44,773 nt of DNA from Macrostomum lignano (lineage: Eukaryota): contig NIVC01004473.1 in assembly GCA_002269645.1 (NCBI GenBank), forward strand, positions 1 to 44,773, written 5' to 3'. Shown one piece after another: positions 23,301 through 35,716 of this stretch. The notes under the pieces are model-generated. The model had not been told where the DNA came from and ran no database searches. It saw nothing but the letters and a program-made list of their open reading frames with translations. Each line of letters begins with the position of its first letter. The stretch's first letter is position 1. The position numbers were made by a program, and so were the translations under genes.

Positions 23301-26300
23301 GATATGCGAAATCGATCTTTTGCTAACCCCACCACAGGTTCCAGTGAAAAGAAGAAACGAAACCCATTGACTAAATTGGCAGTCGACTCAATCGATGCCG
23401 CTGCAACGGACCTGTCAGCTTCGAACTCAGGAGAGCAGCTAATAGTCTACGAGAGTAATGCTAGATGCCAGAATGCTTCACAGCATCAAAGTCTTAAGCA
23501 GAAGCTTCAATGAAAGGTTAGTTCATGCTGTGGCTGCATTCGTTTTCGTGTCTAGAAGCGTTATAACTTTTTGTACTTTTAAGTCTCAGATCAGGTCTTA
23601 GCAGCTTCTATAGCTATGCATGCAAGGGCCCCTCAGAGGAGATGCTTAAACACTGCAGTGCATTTTTCCTAGCAATTATTGGGACACGAAGTGTTGGGCC
23701 ACTGTGTGTGTGTGTCTAGTTTTTTCCGCATTTGTTAAGTCACCTAAAGAACTCAATTAATAAAGGGCTCCAGAACAAATTGATGGGCAAACGGATGACA
23801 CACTGCACAGAGACTTGTTGGGACATATTAAAAACAGCTTATTTTAGAATGGGTACACTTTACTAAAGTAGAATGCTCCTACAGAAAGCTGCAAGCAAAC
23901 TAGCATCTTCTGGAGCTGACATGCAGAGAAGAATGATTTTGTCGTCCTTGAAATCACTAAACAGATATGCGAAATCGATCTTTTGCTAACCCACCACAGG
24001 TTCCAGTGAAAAGAAGAAACGAAACCCATTGACTAAATTGGCAGTCGACTCAATCGATGCCGCTGCAACGGACCTGTCAGCTTCGAACTCAGGAGAGCAG
24101 CTAATAGTCTACGAGAGTAATGCTAGATGCCAGAATGCTTCACAGCATCAAAGTCTTAAGCAGAAGCTTCAATGAAAGGTTAGTTCATGCTGTGGCTGCA
24201 TTCGTTTTCGTGTCTAGAAGCGTTATAACTTTTTGTACTTTTAACTCTCAGATCGGGTCTTAGCAGCTTCTATAGCTATGCATGCAAGGGCCCCTCAGAG
24301 GAGATGCTTAAACACTGCAGTGCATTTTTCCTAGCAATTATTGGGACACGAAGTGTTGGGCCACTGTGTGTGTGTGTCTAGTTTTTTCCGCATTTGTTAA
24401 GTCACCTAAAGAACTCAATTAATAAAGGGCTCCAGAACAAATTGATGGGCAAACGGATGACACACTGCACAGAGACTTGTTGGGACATATTAAAAACAGC
24501 TTATTTTAGAATGGGTACACTTTACTAAAGTAGAATGCTCCTACAGAAAGCTGCAAGCAAACTAGCATCTTCTGGAGCTGACATGCAGAGAAGAATGATT
24601 TTGTCGTCCTTGAAATCACTAAACAGATATGCGAAATCGATCTTTTGCTAACCCACCACAGGTTCCAGTGAAAAGAAGAAACGAAACCCATTGACTAAAT
24701 TGGCAGTCGACTCAATCGATGCCGCTGCAACGGACCTGTCAGCTTCGAACTCAGGAGAGCAGCTAATAGTCTACGAGAGTAATGCTAGATGCCAGAATGC
24801 TTCACAGCATCAAAGTCTTAAGCAGAAGCTTCAATGAAAGGTTAGTTCATGCTGTGGCTGCATTCGTTTTCGTGTCTAGAAGCGTTATAACTTTTTGTAC
24901 TTTTAACTCTCAGATCGGGTCTTAGCAGCTTCTATAGCTATGCATGCAAGGGCCCCTCAGAGGAGATGCTTAAACACTGCAGTGCATTTTTCCTAGCAAT
25001 TATTGGGACACGAAGTGTTGGGCCACTGTGTGTGTGTGTCTAGTTTTTTCCGCATTTGTTAAGTCACCTAAAGAACTCAATTAATAAAGGGCTCCAGAAC
25101 AAATTGATGGGCAAACGGATGACACACTGCACAGAGACTTGTTGGGACACATTAAAAACAGCTTATTTTAGAATGGGTACACTTTACTAAAGTAGAATGC
25201 TCCTACAGAAAGCTGCAAGCAAACTAGCATCTTCTGGAGCTGACATGCAGAGAAGAATGATTTTGTCGTCCTTGAAATCACTAAACAGATATGCGAAATC
25301 GATCTTTTGCTAATCCCACCACAGGTTCCAGTGAAAAGAAGAAACGAAACCCATTGACTAAATTGGCAGTCGACTCAATCGATGCCGCTGCAACGGACCT
25401 GTCAGCTTCGAACTCAGGAGAGCAGCTAATAGTCTACGAGAGTAATGCTAGATGCCAGAATGCTTCACAGCATCAAAGTCTTAAGCAGAAGCTTCAATGA
25501 AAGGTTAGTTCATGCTGTGGCTGCATTCGTTTTCGTGTCTAGAAGCGTTATAACTTTTTGTACTTTTAACTCTCAGATCGGGTCTTAGCAGCTTCTATAG
25601 CTATGCATGCAAGGGCCCCTCAGAGGAGATGCTTAAACACTGCAGTGCATTTTTCCTAGCAATTATTGGGACACGAAGTGTTGGGCCACTGTGTGTGTGT
25701 GTCTAGTTTTTTCCGCATTTGTTAAGTCACCTAAAGAACTCAATTAATAAAGGGCTCCAGAACAAATTGATGGGCAAACGGATGACACACTGCACAGAGA
25801 CTTGTTGGGACATATTAAAAACAGCTTATTTTAGAATGGGTACACTTTACTAAAGTAGAATGCTCCTACAGAAAGCTGCAAGCAAACTAGCATCTTCTGG
25901 AGCTGACATGCAGAGAAGAATGATTTTGTCGTCCTTGAAATCACTAAACAGATATGCGAAATCGATCTTTTGCTAACCCACCACAGGTTCCAGTGAAAAG
26001 AAGAAACGAAACCCATTGACTAAATTGGCAGTCGACTCAATCGATGCCGCTGCAACGGACCTGTCAGCTTCGAACTCAGGAGAGCAGCTAATAGTCTACG
26101 AGAGTAATGCTAGATGCCAGAATGCTTCACAGCATCAAAGTCTTAAGCAGAAGCTTCAATGAAAGGTTAGTTCATGCTGTGGCTGCATTCGTTTTCGTGT
26201 CTAGAAGCGTTATAACTTTTTGTACTTTTAACTCTCAGATCGGGTCTTAGCAGCTTCTATAGCTATGCATGCAAGGGCCCCTCAGAGGAGATGCTTAAAC

Positions 26301-29290
26301 ACTGCAGTGCATTTTTCCTAGCAATTATTGGGACACGAAGTGTTGGGCCACTGTGTGTGTGTGTCTAGTTTTTTCCGCATTTGTTAAGTCACCTAAAGAA
26401 CTCGATTAATAAAGGGCTCCAGAACAAATGATGGGCAAACGGATGACACACTGCACAGAGACTTGTTGGGACACATTAAAAACAGCTTATTTTAGAATGG
26501 GTACACTTTACTAAAGTAGAATGCTCCTACAGAAAGCTGCAAGCAAACTAGCATCTTCTGGAGCTGACATGCAGAGAAGAATGATTTTGTCGTCCTTGAA
26601 ATCACTAAACAGATATGCGAAATCGATCTTTTGCTAATCCCACCACAGGTTCCAGTGAAAAGAAGAAACGAAACCCATTGACTAAATTGGCAGTCGACTC
26701 AATCGATGCCGCTGCAACGGACCTGTCAGCTTCGAACTCAGGAGAGCAGCTAATAGTCTACGAGAGTAATGCTAGATGCCAGAATGCTTCACAGCATCAA
26801 AGTCTTAAGCAGAAGCTTCAATGAAAGGTTAGTTCATGCTGTGGCTGCATTCGTTTTCGTGTCTAGAAGCGTTATAACTTTTTGTACTTTTAACTCTCAG
26901 ATCGGGTCTTAGCAGATTCTATAGCTATGCATGCAAGGGCCCCTCAGAGGAGATGCTTAAACACTGCAGTGCATTTTTCCTAGCAATTATTGGGACACGA
27001 AGTGTTGGGCCACTGTGTGTGTGTGTCTAGTTTTTTCCGCATTTGTTAAGTCACCTAAAGAACTCAATTAATAAAGGGCTCCAGAACAAATTGATGGGCA
27101 AACGGATGACACACTGCACAGAGACTTGTTGGGACATATTAAAAACAGCTTATTTTAGAATGGGTACACTTTACTAAAGTAGAATGCTCCTACAGAAAGC
27201 TGCAAGCAAACTAGCATCTTCTGGAGCTGACATGCAGAGAAGAATGATTTTGTCGTCCTTGAAATCACTAAACAGATATGCGAAATCGATCTTTTGCTAA
27301 CCCCACCACAGGTTCCAGTGAAAAGAAGAAACGAAACCCATTGACTAAATTGGCAGTCGACTCAATCGATGCCGCTGCAACGGACCTGTCAGCTTCGAAC
27401 TCAGGAGAGCAGCTAATAGTCTACGAGAGTAATGCTAGATGCCAGAATGCTTCACAGCATCATAGTCTTAAGCAGAAGCTTCAATGAAAGGTTAGTTCAT
27501 GCTGTGGCTGCATTCGTTTTCGTGTCTAGAAGCGTTATAACTTTTTGTACTTTTAACTCTCAGATCGGGTCTTAGCAGCTTCTATAGCTATGCATGCAAG
27601 GGCCCCTCAGAGGAGATGCTTAAACACTGCAGTGCATTTTTCCTAGCAATTATTGGGACACGAAGTGTTGGGCCACTGTGTGTGTGTGTCTAGTTTTTTC
27701 CGCATTTGTTAAGTCACCTAAAGAACTCAATTAATAAAGGGCTCCAGAACAAATTGATGGGCAAACGGATGACACACTGCACAGAGACTTGTTGGGATAA
27801 ATTAAAAACAGCTTATTTTAGAATGGGTACACTTTACTAAAGTAGAATGCTCCTACAGAAAGCTGCAAGCAAACTAGCATCTTCTGGAGCTGACATGCAG
27901 AGAAGAATGATTTTGTCGTCCTTGAAATCACTAAACAGATATGCGAAATCGATCTTTTGCTAACCCACCACAGGTTCCAGTGAAAAGAAGAAACGAAACC
28001 CATTGACTAAATTGGCAGTCGACTCAATCGATGCCGCTGCAACGGACCTGTCAGCTTCGAACTCAGGAGAGCAGCTAATAGTCTACGAGAGTAATGCTAG
28101 ATGCCAGAATGCTTCACAGCATCAAAGTCTTAAGCAGAAGCTTCAATGAAAGGTTAGTTCATGCTGTGGCTGCATTCGTTTTCGTGTCTAGAAGCGTTAT
28201 AACTTTTTGTACTTTTAACTCTCAGATCGGGTCTTAGCAGATTCTATAGCTATGCATGCAAGGGCCCCTCAGAGGAGATGCTTAAACACTGCAGTGCATT
28301 TTTCCTAGCAATTATTGGGACACGAAGTGTTGGGCCACTGTGTGTGTGTGTCTAGCTTTTTCCGCATTTGTTAAGTCACCTAAAGAACTCAATTAATAAA
28401 GGGCTCCAGAACAAATTGATGGGCAAACGGATGACACACTGCACAGAGACTTGTTGGGATACATTAAAAACAGCTTATTTTAGAATGGGTACACTTTACT
28501 AAAGTAGAATGCTCCTATAGAAAGCTGCAAGCAAACTAGCATCTTCTGGAGCTGACATGCAGAGAAGAATGATTTTGTCGTCCTTGAAATCACTAAACAG
28601 ATATGCGAAATCGATCTTTTGCTAACCCCACCACAGGTTCCAGTGAAAAGAAGAAACGAAACCCATTGACTAAATTGGCAGTCGACTCAATCGATGCCGC
28701 TGCAACGGACCTGTCAGCTTCGAACTCAGGAGAGCAGCTAATAGTCTACGAGAGTAATGCTGGATGCCAGAGTGCTCTAAATAACGAGACTCCTGTTTTC
28801 TCACTCGACCGGAATTTGTTGTTTAATCTGCTTAACTAATCTCTGCGTTTCAGTTTTTCAGTTTCACTGTCAATTTTAGGTTTTTTTCCGAAGCGCAAGT
28901 GTAATTGAATTTTTTATTCATATTAGTCAGGCATATTGCGGACAGCATTATAGCGTATTAGTAAAGGTAAAGGTAAATAGACTGCTTATAACTAGTTTTT
29001 CCTTCATGTGGATTGGCTTTAACGAAGCCTTTTGTATTTCAAGTAATGCTGAATTCGCTGACTGAGGACAATATAGTTACACGATGATATGCTATTCCTT
29101 CACTTTCAATAGATCATACTATTAGTATGGGACGTGCTTTTTTATTTCAATGTATGCTTTTTTTCATCAGTTAAATGCAAAAAATACTTAATAGGTCATT
29201 GCACTGTGTGTATGTGTGTGTTTTCGTGTGTCAAAAAAATTTGCAAAATAAGTGCCCACCATTGTATACCGTACCAACAAGTGCCCGGTG
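20386..29290. mobile_element. Putative non-autonomous CAC-terminated DNA transposon (CMC/EnSpm-like) enclosing a satellite array
   Basis: Left CACGGGGCATATGTTGG..TACGCATACAACGG versus reverse complement of the right end CACCGGGCACTTGTTGGTACGGTATACAATGG. CG lies on both flanks, both ends adjoin (TG)n, and TGTTGGG(A/C)C-like motifs recur internally. Confidence 0.5.
21580..28770 (+). repeat. Tandem array of ~663-bp units, ~11 copies, nearly identical
   Basis: The same ORFs recur at 21977, 23304, 25291, 26615, 27278 and 28603 (spacings are multiples of 662-663). Only scattered substitutions and 1-2 bp indels differ between units. Confidence 0.97.
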
Positions 29291-29293
29291 CGT

Positions 29294-29296
<3 letters not shown>

Positions 29297-29324
<28 letters not shown>
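29297..29324. repeat. (TG)n microsatellite
   Basis: Direct reading. Confidence 0.9.
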
Positions 29325-29326
<2 letters not shown>

Positions 29327-30049
29327 GCATCCGGGGAGCTGAGCTAATATAAAATTTACAAGTACATGTACATGCGCGTACATGTACTTAAATGTCCTAG
29401 CATGAACTGTACGTGTACAGTGAAACATTCAAACTCTTATAAGCACAAACTAACACGGGCATATAAACGTATGCATGTACATATGTAGCACATAAGGTAT
29501 AGAAATAATCTGTACATGTCATAGATGAACCTACCTAGCTCTTGCCTTGTTATGTACTCTACATGCATGTACATACATGCAGGGCCTATACAGTATCAAT
29601 AGGTTTACTGTACAGTGTAGCAGGTGACAGTTCCAACGGATATTTAAATAATTTATTACCAAAACTTCTGGAAAAAGTATAATATGCTCGCAAATGTACA
29701 TAGCAAGGCTCCGTAAGTATATCTTGACAAGGCCCAGGGTATGCCACATAACACAGGCTGAACTTGATTGCAGTAAATAGAACTTGTGCGTTAGCCTGGG
29801 TTGCCATGCAGGTTTGAATATCAGCTGATTTTATCAGCAGCATTAGTGCGGTGCTGCATGGGTCACCAGCGACTGCTGTACGAGCGTACATGTGCGTGTA
29901 AAATCTACATGCATTTTACAGCTTGTATACAGTCTCAATTGCAGTCCAGTTTAAACCTGCAGAGTGATGTTTCCAGGGTTCCAAATTGATTAAGAAGCGC
30001 TGCAGTTTGCGGCACGGCTCGACAGCTAAGACAGAGCTACTCGTAGATT

Positions 30050-33000
30050 ATGGAAGATTTTCGTCTAGTGCCGTTAGTAGCTCTGGTGGCTTTCCTGCTG
30101 CTCTGTTGTCGGTCTTCATCTGCTCGACCGGAGGCCTCTACCTGCGGCTACAACGCCTGCCCGAAGCCCGTGCCAGGTAGGGTCAACGTCCACCTGGTGC
30201 CGCACACGCACGACGATGTTGGCTGGTTGATGACAGTTGACCAGTACTACTACTATCAGGTGCAGTTCATTCTGGACACTGTGGTGGAAGAGCTGCTCAT
30301 TAATCCGGATAGAAAGTTTACGTACGTTGAGATAGCCTACTTCTTCAGGTGGTGGCGAGAGCAGAGCGCCGATAAGCAGGCTAAGGTGAGCGTCATTTTA
30401 TACCTGATCGATTTATTGTGAGCCGGGTTGCTCGGCAAATTGTCGATTCAAACTTCGCAGGCTTTCATTTTTACGCTGGTTTCTTGCCAACGTTGAGGGA
30501 ATTTTAATGTGAAATTTGGGGTGGTTAAAGTACTGTAAGTACCTGTTTTGCTCGAAATTGGGGATTCGAAAATTGGAGGTGTGAAGTTCGGGGATCTGCA
30601 GTTTGGAAATGTGAAGATTGGAGATGTGAAGATTGAGGGATGTGAAGATTGGGGGTGTAAAGATTGAGGGGATATTAAGATTGATGATAATAAGTTTAAG
30701 AAGAATATGAAGCTGGGGAATGTGAGGCTTAGGGATATGAAGTTTGAGGATCAGAAGTTTTCGAATAAGAATGTGGTTTTGAACTCACCAGAAAGGTAAA
30801 TGAGTACCATTTTAGCCATTTATCGCTCCCGCCAACACGCAGGTGAAGCAGCTGGTGAAGAACGGTCAGCTGCAGTTTGCCCAGGGCGGCTGGTCCATGG
30901 ACGACGAGGCGGCAACCCACTACGTGGACATCATCGACCAGCACACGCAGGGACTCCGGTTTCTCAACGACACTTTCGGCGACTGCGGCAGGCCTCGGGT
31001 TGCCTGGCAGGTGGACCCGTTCGGGCACAGCAAAGAGCACGCCGCAATGATGGCGCTGATGGGCTACGACGGGCTGTACTTTGGCCGCATCGACTATCAG
31101 GATCAGGCGATTAGGCGGAAGACGCGGCGCATGGAGATGGTAGGCTGATCAAAGATCTTCGGATAGTCGGGGGAACGATCGAGAGTGAGATACGGAGAGT
31201 CAGGAAACGGAGAGTCAGACACGGACAATCAGTCAGGGAACGAGAGTCAGACACGGACAGTGAGAGTCAGACACGGACAGTGAGAGTCAGAAACGGACAG
31301 TGAGAGTCAGACACGGACAATGAGAGTCAGAGAGTCAGACACGGACAGTGAGAGTCAGACACGGACAGTGAGAGTCAGACACGGACAGTGAGAGTCAGAC
31401 ACGGACAGTGAGAGTCAGACACGGACAGTGAGAGTCAGACACGGACAGTGAGAGTCAGACACGGACAGTCAGAGACTGAGAGCCAGTGGGAATGAGACAC
31501 ACCGAGAGTCAATCACACCTAATTGACAGTCCTCCGACAACAACAGGTGTGGCGGGCCAGCCAGGATATCGGCAGTCCTCAGACGGATCTGTTTTCTGGC
31601 AAACTGTACGATGGCTACGGCCAGCCAGGAGGCTTCAGCTTCGAGACGGGCGACCAGCCCGTGCAGGACGACCCGCAGCTCTACGACTTCAATGTGGAGC
31701 AGAAGGTCAAACAGTTCGTCGACATGGTGAACACTCGCCGGCAGGTGTACAGCTCCGATCATCTCATGCTGACTATGGGTAACGATTTTCAATACCAGAA
31801 TGCCCGCAAGAACTTCAAAATCTTCGACAAGCTGATCAAGGCGGTGAACAACCGTACTGCGGCGCACAATGTCACAGTGTACTACAGTACGCCAAGCTGC
31901 TACACAAAATCAGTGCACGATCAGAACCTGGTGTGGACGGTAAAGAGTGACGACTTCTATCCCTACGGATTCGATGCTCACTCGTTCTTGACTGGCTTCT
32001 TCACCAGCCGCGCCGCTCTCAAGCGCTACGTGCGAACCGCTTCGAACCAGTTCCAGGCCGTCAAGCAGACAGCCTGTCTGGCTGGCTTGCAGCGGGATGG
32101 CGCGGAGCCCGACGCAAGAATTGATCCCCTGCGCCAGGCTTTGGGCGTTGTGCAGCATCACGATGGAGTGTCCGGTGAGTAGTGGATATTGGAGTATTGT
32201 TAATGAGTATTGGAGCGCGGCGTTTCAGTGAATAGATGCCCAGAGGTGAAATACGGGCAGGGTGTAGAATTGGGGCAGGGTGTAGAATCTGGGGCAGGGT
32301 GTAGAATCTGGGGCAGGGTGTAGAATCTGGGGCAGGGTGTAGAATCTGGGGCAGGGTGTAGAATCTGGGGCAGGGTGTAGAATCTGGGGCAGGGTGTAGA
32401 ATCTGGGGCAGGGTGTAGAATCTGGGGCAGGGTGTAGAATTAGGAGCAGAGTGAAGAGTTGAGGATAGGGTGTGGTATTGAGGGCAGGACAGGGTTTAGT
32501 CGAATTGGTGATATTGTAGAAAACACCCTTTACATATGTATGATTGTTCGGTATAAAATTACACAGCACTTCTGCATTAACAACCCATCGAATCACATGT
32601 GCTCACATTGATGGGGTCGCTGTTTTGCAGGCACGGAGAGGCAGCTAGTTGCCTACGACTATGCGCTGCGAATCTCCAACGGAATCGACCGGGCCTACCC
32701 GGTGCTGCAATCTGCTTTGGCGAATCTCACCGGAGACAGCGCCGCCTACTCAGGCATGTCTACCTGCGGCCTGGCTAATATCTCCTACTGCCCGTTCACC
32801 GACTCCAACACCGACTTCTACCTGCACTTTTATAACCCGGTGAGTCACCCGGTATGGCACCTCGCCAGAATACCGGTTACCGGGCGCTACTACGTCGTTA
32901 GCGACGAACATGGCCAGGCGGTGATGTCGCAGACTATCCCGGTGAATAATGGTACTCTGCGAGTACCTGAACGGGCAGGTGCGAAATCCACCTGCGAGCT

Positions 33001-35716
33001 GGTGTTCAACGTGTCAGCCATTCCAGCCATGGGATTCGCTGTCTACCGAGTGGCTGCCGCGGCCCCCGGCTCTCCAGGCGTCTCAACGTTCACCCCGATC
33101 CGGCTGCTGTTCGGGGGCTACGGCAGGGGCAAGATTTCGGCATCGAAGACGAAGGCGGACTGGCTGAGTCAGCACACTGGCTGCGGAGTGCCCAGCATGG
33201 CTTATTATTACGGATATCCGGGCAACAATTCTAGAGCAGAGTTCAGAGCCTCCGGCGCTTATGTGCTTCGGTGAGATCTTCAGTGACCTATGTATGCTTT
33301 TTTTACCCTAGTCACACCTGTCACCCTAAAAAATCGAACCCACTTTCAGGCCAACCAGGCAGACCCCGGAGCAGTTCTCACTCGAGCAAATCGCTGGCGT
33401 ATTCGGCCCGGTGGTGAACGAGACTCACCTGCTCTGGTCCGACTGGGCCTACCAGGTGTTGCGCAAATTTTCCAACAATGGCGACTCGCTGCAGTACAAC
33501 GAGAACGAGCTCACAGTCGGCCCGATTCCCTACGACGCCAACACCGGGCGAGAGGTGATTGTGCGCTACGACTCACAGCTGAGCAGCTCGGCTACTTTCT
33601 ATACCGACGCAAACGGTCGGCAGGTGATGCGTCGAGTGCGCGATTACCGACCAAGCTGGCCGCTGCAGCAGACGGAGAAGGTGGCCGGGAACTATTATCC
33701 CGTCCCTAGCCAGATCTTCATCAACCAGAGCGACGGCGCCTCTTTCACGGTGCTCACTGACAGAAGCGAAGGCGGCAGCAGCATCAATGACGGGCAGATT
33801 GAGGTGAAAAATGCAGGGCAGTCTTTATTTACTCACCTGACCTGTCACACAGAGCTCGCGCGAGCACATTCACAATAGTGTGTGCACTAATCGCCCTGAC
33901 TTTCTTTAACATGAGTAATGTACACTGGTGTACATGTATCTCAGTAATGCATTTTGCAGCCTGTTGGTTTGGTTGTCCATACGTACACCCTGTGTGAGCC
34001 TGTGTACGTATCCGTGTGTAAAGGACCACTAGAACGTTGGCGTTGTGTCACGGTATCCCGCTGAAAAAGATACCCGTTGGCAAGAATCGCCAAAGAATCA
34101 CTTGTGACTCTAGCGACTCTGGGGAGACTCAAACGACTGTAATGAAACGGAGGCTACTGTTGAGTCACGAGAGCATCGCGTCAGTTTTAAGAGTTGTAAA
34201 AGAGTCGCCCAATAGTCGTTGTGTTGGCGCATAATGTTCTACAAACTCAAGCAGACTAAATACAGTTGTTTTACAAATGCGAAATGGAATTTTAATTCAT
34301 AAAGCGACGCAGATGAGCATTAGACGCAATTCAGTGATTCTAGCTCGTACAGGGACTCTAGCACGCGTCAGATACGAGACATGATCTACGGCCCCAGAGT
34401 AATGAAAGGTCATGAAACATGAAAATTTCCATGCGTACGAGCGTATAAACAATAAAAATGCTCAAATTGACTCTTAGGTGACTCTTTAACGACATTTTGG
34501 TCGACTTTTACTGCGACATCTCGTCGTTTTTTAGTCGTCTAGAGTCACTTCTTTTCTATTTTACCTGTGTTACCTGCCAAGACTCTGGAACGACTCTGGG
34601 GCGATGCAAGGGACTCTGATTGAGATGCTTCTTAGCCTAGGTACGACTCGTCGGGTATGACTGCAAAAAACATTGCGCATAGTCAATAATCTACTGTACG
34701 CCTGTCGTTCCCGCATGTACGCTCGTAGATATACATGTGCATGTAAAGACGAACTTTGGGTCATCTTAAAGAGAACAAAATGTCAAACTACCTGACGAAA
34801 AATTATCATTTTAAGTGCAACTGATCCTGAGTCATGAGCATTTAAAGTTTAGCTGCAATGCTTACAAGCGGACCTTCAAATATAATTTTGCAATATTTAA
34901 GCGTGCTACGTTCTGCTACAAGCTGGCAACGATCTAGAGGTCTTTGATGTGTGTGTGCTCAGGGGTCAGCGAAATGACACTGCGGGTTGGCTGTTTATTT
35001 TCGGCAGTGCTTAAAGCATCCCTGCAAGCTAGTAGCAAACTATATGTACATGTACACATGTACACTTTTAATCACTGTCTTCCTTTTTCATCCGCATTTT
35101 GAATTATCAGATCATGCTTCATCGAATCACGGCTCGCGACGACGCTCTAGGCCTCGGCGAAGCGCTGCAAGAGAAAGGCAGCGATGGTCGCGGCCTGGTT
35201 GTCAAGGTAACGCACTGGTTCGCAGCTGACCAATCGCTGTCGTCCGCTAGTCGTCGCCGACGCGAGCTGGCCAATCGCCGCTACCGAGAGCCGCTGATTG
35301 GCTACCTGACCGCGGAGCCCAAGGTCAAAAGATGGAGCGGACTGCGTCGGCCCCTGCCTGAGAATGTCCAGGTGGTGACTCTGGACGACTGGCGCGGGCC
35401 GAACACAAAGCTGCTTCGACTGGAGCATCTGTACCAGACAGGTGAGCACCCCGCACTGTCCCAGCCCGTCACCGTGGCTCTCGGCCAGATGTTCGCCACC
35501 TTCGACATACTCGGTGCAATGGAGCTGAGTCTGGCTGCCAACCAGTATTTGGCGTCAATGCAGCGGCTGCAGTGGCGGACGACCGCAGCCGGAGGCTCGG
35601 CCGCCCAGAACGCTGCCAGAGAGGCAGTCGAGAGGCGACAGCTCGACCAGAACCTGACAGTGACGTTGCGACCGATGCAACTTCGCACCTTTGTAGTGCA
35701 GGTGCAGTACTTGTGA
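30050..35716 (+). CDS. MAN2B1: Lysosomal alpha-mannosidase (GH38), 986 aa, 6 exons
   Basis: Exons 30050-30385, 30843-31139, 31547-32174, 32631-33270, 33350-33803, 35111-35716 (2961 nt, phases match). Signal peptide; [76 protein letters not shown] and LRPMQLRTF motifs. Confidence 0.93.
31195..31480. repeat. 20-bp minisatellite in mannosidase intron 2
   Basis: GAGAGTCAGACACGGACAGT, about 13 copies. Confidence 0.92.
32255..32440. repeat. 19-bp minisatellite in mannosidase intron 3
   Basis: GGGGCAGGGTGTAGAATCT, about 9-10 copies. Confidence 0.92.

Noticed and set aside
21580-28770. Array as a CRISPR, 5S rRNA, snRNA or SL-RNA cluster
   Set aside because: Units are identical throughout with no unique spacers, and I recognised no 5S, U1/U2/U6, tRNA or leader sequence in the unit.
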